Shown here in pieces: positions 33,532 to 38,200 of a DNA stretch of 38,200 nucleotides. The stretch lies in sequence record MN850588.1; one strand, given 5' to 3'. How positions within the stretch are numbered: the stretch's first letter is position 1; each line of letters starts with the position of its first letter. Origin of the DNA: Escherichia phage sortregn. The notes beneath the pieces are model-generated. The model had not been told where the DNA came from, did not search any database, and worked only from the letters and a program-made list of their open reading frames with translations. The position numbers and the translations under genes are program-made.

Positions 33532-35925
33532 ATGTCCGACTTAGACACGCTTTCGGCGGTTTCTATGCCGTCCGTCCCATTCCTCCGCATCGATCGCTTT
33601 GCGGCGGTGGCGGACGGTGGGCTTTACGTGGGCCAACCCGACACGGACCCGACGCAGCCGGAGAACCAGGTCCCGGTCTACATCCTGAACGAGGACGGAA
33701 CCCTGACCCAGATCGAGCAGCCTGTGAAGATCGGGATCGCGGGCTATCCGGTTTATAACGGGCAAGTCGTCAAGGTCCTGACGCAGCCGGGGACCTCTCT
33801 CGACGTCCGCGACCGGAACAACGTCCAGATGTTCTACTTCGACAACCTGACGAAGTACGACCCGGAACAGATGTGGAAACTACTCCAGAGTTCGACGGGC
33901 TGGGAGTTCGTGGGGACCACTTACGGCAACGTGAAACAGGCCATTCAGGGCTATATCACGCCGTGGAACTTCGTCGGCAAGCCGGAATATGCGACCGAGA
34001 CGGAAGCGATTCAGGCCATGTTTGACTATGCGAAGGCGAATAACCTCCCGATCCGCGCTTTCAACTGGGAAGGCACGACCGCCGGGATCGTCACCGCAGA
34101 GAACATCACGATCGTCGGCGGGATCTGGAACCTGGTCGGCAATAACGCAAAGTTCACTAATTGCGTGGTTTTTGATGGGATCTGGCGTCGCCGCTCTATC
34201 TGGTCAAAAGGGACTTACTTCGAGCGTTGCCGCTTCGAACAATGCCGCATCCTTCACGCGTCGGACGACGTGCTGATCCTTAACTCCAAGTTCTCCGGCA
34301 AGGTAGGCAGGAACGTGGCCTCCATCGTCATGCAGGGGAACCAGGTCGAAGGCGACAACAACAAGGACTATTTCGGGCGTTTACGCGTCGAGAACTGCGA
34401 GTTTAATGATATTTCTGGGGGGATCTTCCAGCAGGGCGGGCACTTCAAAATCACCCGCATGATCTTGCGTAACCTGACGTTTACGAACCTGGACTCCGAC
34501 GCGATCGAGCTTAACGTGGTGAATGATGGCTCCTTTACCGAAGGATGCACGATCGAGAACATCGAGATCTATAACTCTAACGCCACGCTTGCGAACTCCA
34601 ACTTAGGGATCGGGATCGGTGTGGCTGGTGCTGGCCCGTACTCGTGGGACGCGCCGGAAACCAACTACGCGAAAAACTTCGTGATCCGCAACGTGACCGC
34701 CGTCGGCGTTCGCCAGTGTGTCCACGTCGAGGTCGGATCCGACTTCGTGATCGAGAACGTGAACGTAAACCCGGACGCCAACAAGTCGATCGGGACTGGC
34801 CTGATCGTCTCCGGCGTTTATATCGCTGGTTCGAAGAACTTCACGATCAACGGCGTAAGCGGAACCCCTGTTCCGTCCGCGACTGTGCCGATCACGGACA
34901 TTCGTATGATCTGCCTGGTGCCGGGACCTACTGACCAATCCGCCCAGCAGTACAATACGCTTTGCCGTGACTACACGATCCGAAACGTGGACGCAAAGGG
35001 CGCATGGGTGCAACTGTGGGTAGACGCTTACCCCGGCTATGGTTCGATCCAGCCACACAGCAACCACGCGACGATCGAAAACGTGGACTGTTATCGCTTC
35101 TCGTGCTTCGGCGTGGGGACCGTGACGACGCTCCGAAACATCACTTGCACCACGTCCGACTGTTTAGGCGATACCTCCACCGGGGGCGGCTATAAAAACC
35201 AGGCGGGATCCGGTACGCTGTTATATATCTTCACTAAATCGGTGCTGAATATTGACGGCTTCTACTCGGAGACTCCGGGCGAGATCTACCGCAAGCCGCG
35301 CTACATGTACACCAATGTGAAGAACTGCAACATTCAGGTAGATCAGGGCGCTAACTTCGACGGACGCGTGGGCGCTCAACTGACGCCGATCACGAAGGCT
35401 TACGCGCCGCAGATCACGGCCCACGGTGGATATGGGAACTTCTTCCCGCGTGGTCGGGAGTTCGACGTGGGCGATCAGGTCTTTGTCTACGACTACGGCA
35501 GCAACGACCCGGCTAATGGTCCTGGGGGGATTGTGGCGCTCAAGGCTTACGTGGTGACGGGCTTCGGCGCGTACTACCCGGCGAACACTGGCGCGTCCAC
35601 CCTCCGCGCAGCAGCAGCGGGCGCTAAACGCGTTTACTGTGCGCTGACGCCGACCGGGACCAGTACCGGATCGCCGTGGCTGTACACTGACACGCTGACC
35701 GCCGGGACGCGTATCAAGATCACGACCAGCGTCGGACAGGAAACCGTGACGATCACCCGCGCACCGTTCCAGCCGCTGAACGATAACGACAACACGGACA
35801 ACCCGGCGAACACGTCGTTACCTATCGCGATCGAGTTCACCCCGGCGCTACAGGGTAGCGTGGCGGCGAACGCTCGCTTTACGATGGCTTACCCCATCAC
35901 CACGCGACCGCCGATCTCCGCATAA
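33532..35925 (+). CDS. tailspike protein, P22-type head-binding N-domain plus beta-helix receptor-binding domain
   Basis: ORF 33520..35925, second ATG 33532 preferred (GGAG SD); YVGQPDTDPTQPENQVPVYILNEDG resembles P22 gp9 head-binding domain; Asn/Gly/Val-rich body. Confidence 0.8.
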   Translation: MSDLDTLSAVSMPSVPFLRIDRFAAVADGGLYVGQPDTDPTQPENQVPVYILNEDGTLTQIEQPVKIGIAGYPVYNGQVVKVLTQPGTSLDVRDRNNVQMFYFDNLTKYDPEQMWKLLQSSTGWEFVGTTYGNVKQAIQGYITPWNFVGKPEYATETEAIQAMFDYAKANNLPIRAFNWEGTTAGIVTAENITIVGGIWNLVGNNAKFTNCVVFDGIWRRRSIWSKGTYFERCRFEQCRILHASDDVLILNSKFSGKVGRNVASIVMQGNQVEGDNNKDYFGRLRVENCEFNDISGGIFQQGGHFKITRMILRNLTFTNLDSDAIELNVVNDGSFTEGCTIENIEIYNSNATLANSNLGIGIGVAGAGPYSWDAPETNYAKNFVIRNVTAVGVRQCVHVEVGSDFVIENVNVNPDANKSIGTGLIVSGVYIAGSKNFTINGVSGTPVPSATVPITDIRMICLVPGPTDQSAQQYNTLCRDYTIRNVDAKGAWVQLWVDAYPGYGSIQPHSNHATIENVDCYRFSCFGVGTVTTLRNITCTTSDCLGDTSTGGGYKNQAGSGTLLYIFTKSVLNIDGFYSETPGEIYRKPRYMYTNVKNCNIQVDQGANFDGRVGAQLTPITKAYAPQITAHGGYGNFFPRGREFDVGDQVFVYDYGSNDPANGPGGIVALKAYVVTGFGAYYPANTGASTLRAAAAGAKRVYCALTPTGTSTGSPWLYTDTLTAGTRIKITTSVGQETVTITRAPFQPLNDNDNTDNPANTSLPIAIEFTPALQGSVAANARFTMAYPITTRPPISA
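34415..34425 (+). repeat. CTGGGGGGATC 11-mer copy
   Basis: Exact match; frame-checked against tailspike residues S299-G-G-I302. Confidence 0.85.
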
Positions 35926-35930
35926 AGCAA

Positions 35931-35957
35931 AGGGGCCAATTAAGGCCCCTTTTTTTG
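35931..35957. terminator. bidirectional intrinsic terminator between tailspike and leftward operon
   Basis: AGGGGCC-AATTA-GGCCCCT hairpin followed by T7; T-rich on the other strand too. Confidence 0.7.
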
Positions 35958-35979
35958 TCTCTCGATTCGAACTTAACAT

Positions 35980-36177
35980 TTAGCGCGGCAGGTCGAGCCG
36001 AGCCTGTAAAACGCCCGCGTAAGCCTTCATCACGTCCAACTGTACGACGAGGAGACGCTGTTCCGTAGGGTTAACTTTCGCGAACCCCGGCGAGTTAAAA
36101 ATGAATTGCGACAGTGCCGTGATCTTGCCTTCGAGATCGGCCTTTTCGATGCGGACGCGTTCTAAAAAGTCAGTCAT
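35980..36177 (-). CDS. hypothetical protein, downstream partner of HTH gene
   Basis: ORF 35980..36195 (TTG) with start moved to ATG 36177 after AGGAG; 8-nt overlap with HTH gene. Confidence 0.4.
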   Translation of the reverse strand: MTDFLERVRIEKADLEGKITALSQFIFNSPGFAKVNPTEQRLLVVQLDVMKAYAGVLQARLDLPR

Positions 36178-36388
36178 GGTTAACTCCTGTTTCAATCAGA
36201 TCCGCGATCGAGACGTCGAGCGCCTTCGCGATGCGGCATAGGTTAGTAACAGATGGCAATTCATGCCCGTTTTCGTAGCGGCTCAACTGATGCGGGATCA
36301 TGCCGATTCGCTCCGCTAATTCTTTTTGCTGGATGCCTTTCGCTTCGCGGACTTGCTTCACGAGGCAAACGGCTTTTAATTCCGCCAT
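36170..36388 (-). CDS. XRE/Cro-family helix-turn-helix transcriptional regulator
   Basis: ORF 36170..36403 with start moved to ATG 36388 after AAGGAG; QQKELAERIGMIPHQLSRYENG HTH signature. Confidence 0.7.
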   Translation of the reverse strand: MAELKAVCLVKQVREAKGIQQKELAERIGMIPHQLSRYENGHELPSVTNLCRIAKALDVSIADLIETGVNHD

Positions 36389-36451
36389 GTTCGGCTCCTT
36401 CATTGGTTAACGTCTCCGTGATTATTCATTAAAGCGTTATGCAAATCAAAA
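36389..36451 (-). promoter_or_regulatory. candidate sigma70 promoter for HTH cassette
   Basis: On minus strand TTGATT, 17-bp spacer, AATAAT upstream of the HTH gene. Confidence 0.4.
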
Positions 36452-36892
36452 TTATTCTGGGTTAAGCCCTTCACCGTTAACCAGATGCCACTCTTTATGA
36501 TGCTTCTCGCAGAGCCAGCGCACATCTAACGGGCGATCGTAGTCGTCATGATGTCCCACTACCTTCTCCGCCCCGCAGACCTCACACGGCCCCCTGTGGA
36601 GTTCTCCAGTCTTTAGCGCGTAATAGACCATGCTATGAGCGCGGCGCTTCTTTGGATGCCTGGCATGATAGGCTGATTTTGTAGCGTTCGATCGCTCCCG
36701 GCCTTCTCCATGCTGATATTTTTTAGCGTGACAGATGATCCTCTCTTTTCTTTCTGGATCGCTGTGGTAATAACTCCGGTAATTCTTGTTCTTGCACTGG
36801 CGACAGCGTGGATCCCTTCCGTCCTTCCGGCGCTTGTCCTTGTGGAACTCCTCCGGCGGCTTTGATTCGTGGCAAATTGTGCATTGTTTCAT
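36452..36892 (-). CDS. HNH endonuclease
   Basis: 146 aa; CEVCGAEKVVGHHDDYDRPLDVRWLCEKHH HNH motif with flanking cysteines. Confidence 0.75.
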   Translation of the reverse strand: MKQCTICHESKPPEEFHKDKRRKDGRDPRCRQCKNKNYRSYYHSDPERKERIICHAKKYQHGEGRERSNATKSAYHARHPKKRRAHSMVYYALKTGELHRGPCEVCGAEKVVGHHDDYDRPLDVRWLCEKHHKEWHLVNGEGLNPE

Positions 36893-36935
36893 CTCGTCGT
36901 CTCCTGGGAGGATCGGCCCCGAAGGGCCTCACCCG

Positions 36936-37481
36936 TTAAAACGGAATATCATCGTCGAAATCTTGAGGCGGCTCGTTAGACGCTCCAGAAGCGCCACCAC
37001 GAGGCGCAGACCCAGACCCGCTACCCTTGCCAGGATTTTGCGAGTTCGTCGCGCCACGGCCCGGAGAATTGCGAGAATTGCCACCGCCGCCGGAGTGGGT
37101 AGGTCCACTCCCCCCAGACTGACCGCCTTCACGCTTCCCGCCTAACATTTGCATCGTGCCGCCGACGTTCACGACGACCTCCGTCGTGTACTTCTCGACG
37201 CCTTGCTGGTCCGTCCATTTGCGCGTCTGGAGCTTGCCTTCGATGTAGACCTGGGACCCCTTGCGGAGATACTCTCCGGCGACCTCCGCCAGCTTGCCCC
37301 ACAAAACGACGCGATGCCATTCCGTGATCTCCTTCATCTCGCCCGTTTGCTTATCGCGCCAGGACTCGGAGGTGGCTACGGTGATATTTGCCACCGCGCC
37401 GCCGTTCGGCATGTATTTTACTTCGGGATCCTGGCCCAGATTGCCGACCAGAATCACCTTATTAACGCCGCGTGATGCCAT
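36936..37481 (-). CDS. ssb: single-stranded DNA-binding protein
   Basis: 181 aa; N-terminal OB-fold region near-identical to E. coli SSB as recalled ([21 protein letters not shown]...), Gly-rich linker, acidic tail DFDDDIPF. Confidence 0.9.
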   Translation of the reverse strand: MASRGVNKVILVGNLGQDPEVKYMPNGGAVANITVATSESWRDKQTGEMKEITEWHRVVLWGKLAEVAGEYLRKGSQVYIEGKLQTRKWTDQQGVEKYTTEVVVNVGGTMQMLGGKREGGQSGGSGPTHSGGGGNSRNSPGRGATNSQNPGKGSGSGSAPRGGASGASNEPPQDFDDDIPF

Positions 37482-37483
37482 GC

Positions 37484-38164
37484 TTAGAAGTCCTCAATAT
37501 TCGGTTTATCTTCCGCCGCTGGTGCTTCCTGCTGTGGCTCTACCGGGGCGGCGGGCTGTGCTTTCGCCGTGGCATTATCGGCGGTCTTTTTCTGCTTAAC
37601 AACCGAAGCCGGGTTAAACCCTTTCGACTCGCTGGCGCGGAGTGCCGCCTTGCGGGTAATGTGCCAATCGCGGACGACCTTCACGCTCGCCGAGTCGTCC
37701 GCCAGCATGTGGACCACTTTCCCCACGGCTTCGTCCAGTTTTTCCACGTCGTCGATCGATTCGAGATCCGCGATCCACTGGCGGGCGGTTTTCTTCGTCG
37801 CGTTGCCGTCGTCGTCTGCCTGGGTGATGCCGAACAGCGCCGCCAGGTGATAGCGTCGGGCATAGGTGATCGCCGAGCCGACAGAGTGAGCCGCCGCGCC
37901 CTTACCGAAGGAGAGAGGCATCTCCATAACCGCCGTCATGAACTCGCCGGACTCGTGGAGGACCATCGTCTCCAGCGGTAACACGAGCATGTTATTTTTT
38001 TCGGTGCAGGGCATAGGCGTTTGAACGACGATCAAGCCGTTCGACTCCAGCGCCGGGCGGATCGTGGCGATGAAGGATCCCAAGTCCGCATACCAGTTAT
38101 GCAGGTGATTATTTTCCGTGTTCTTTTTGGCCTCGGACATCATAGCGATGCGGGCCTTAACCAT
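37484..38164 (-). CDS. erf: ERF-family single-strand annealing protein
   Basis: 226 aa; [20 protein letters not shown] resembles conserved P22 Erf segment; adjacent to ssb; start codon choice uncertain. Confidence 0.7.
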   Translation of the reverse strand: MVKARIAMMSEAKKNTENNHLHNWYADLGSFIATIRPALESNGLIVVQTPMPCTEKNNMLVLPLETMVLHESGEFMTAVMEMPLSFGKGAAAHSVGSAITYARRYHLAALFGITQADDDGNATKKTARQWIADLESIDDVEKLDEAVGKVVHMLADDSASVKVVRDWHITRKAALRASESKGFNPASVVKQKKTADNATAKAQPAAPVEPQQEAPAAEDKPNIEDF

Positions 38165-38200
38165 TGCCGGGACAATCGCGGCGCGTGATTCAGAAAATAA

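Noticed and set aside
1-38200. Chi sites (GCTGGTGG) as an enriched signal
   Set aside because: Only about three copies seen by eye (near 4177, 8192, 31786), not clearly above chance, so not reported as a finding
1-38200. Integrase, attachment site, tRNA, rRNA or CRISPR array
   Set aside because: No tyrosine or serine recombinase motifs, no tRNA-like cloverleaf candidates and no spaced direct-repeat arrays were found

Overview
The window is a near-complete, GC-rich (roughly 58 percent by eye) genome segment of a tailed dsDNA phage with a P22-like morphogenesis module; no integrase, tRNA, rRNA or CRISPR array was seen. All calls rest on reading the supplied six-frame ORFs and the sequence against remembered family motifs; no database search or computation was run. 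Layout: (1) 1-3580, leftward replication/repair operon: edge-truncated PD-(D/E)xK exonuclease, VRR-NUC nuclease, SF2 DEAH helicase. (2) 3646-7796, rightward operon: zinc-ribbon primase, Dam-like N6-adenine methyltransferase, several ORFans, a GcrA/Myb-like DNA-binding protein. (3) 7894-9040, terminator-flanked moron encoding an Ig-like domain protein. (4) 9037-10374, lambda-like lysis cassette (holin, R-type endolysin, Rz with embedded Rz1) on the minus strand, opposite to the late operon. (5) 10473-12851, leftward operon of six ORFans. (6) 12992-16554, RecA-like replicative ATPase, a repeat-rich origin-like non-coding region, small membrane and zinc-ribbon proteins. (7) 16631-35925, late operon: TerS, an inserted HExxH protein, TerL, portal, four inserted small genes, scaffold, coat, an inserted K/E-rich protein, gp4/gp10/gp26-like tail proteins, gp7/gp20-like ejection proteins, a 1008-aa SLT-domain ejection protein and a tailspike. 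(8) 35980-38164, leftward HTH cassette, HNH endonuclease, SSB, ERF. An enterobacterial host is inferred from the E. coli-like SSB and lambda R-like endolysin. The most unusual signal is the 11-mer CTGGGGGGATC, present in 9 exact copies, every one in the sense orientation of the local transcription unit. No single undescribed system could be pinned down; the candidates are the sense-oriented 11-mer, the Ig-like moron, recurrent GGTAAC/RTAACCG regulatory motifs, insertions in the late operon, and ORFan operons.
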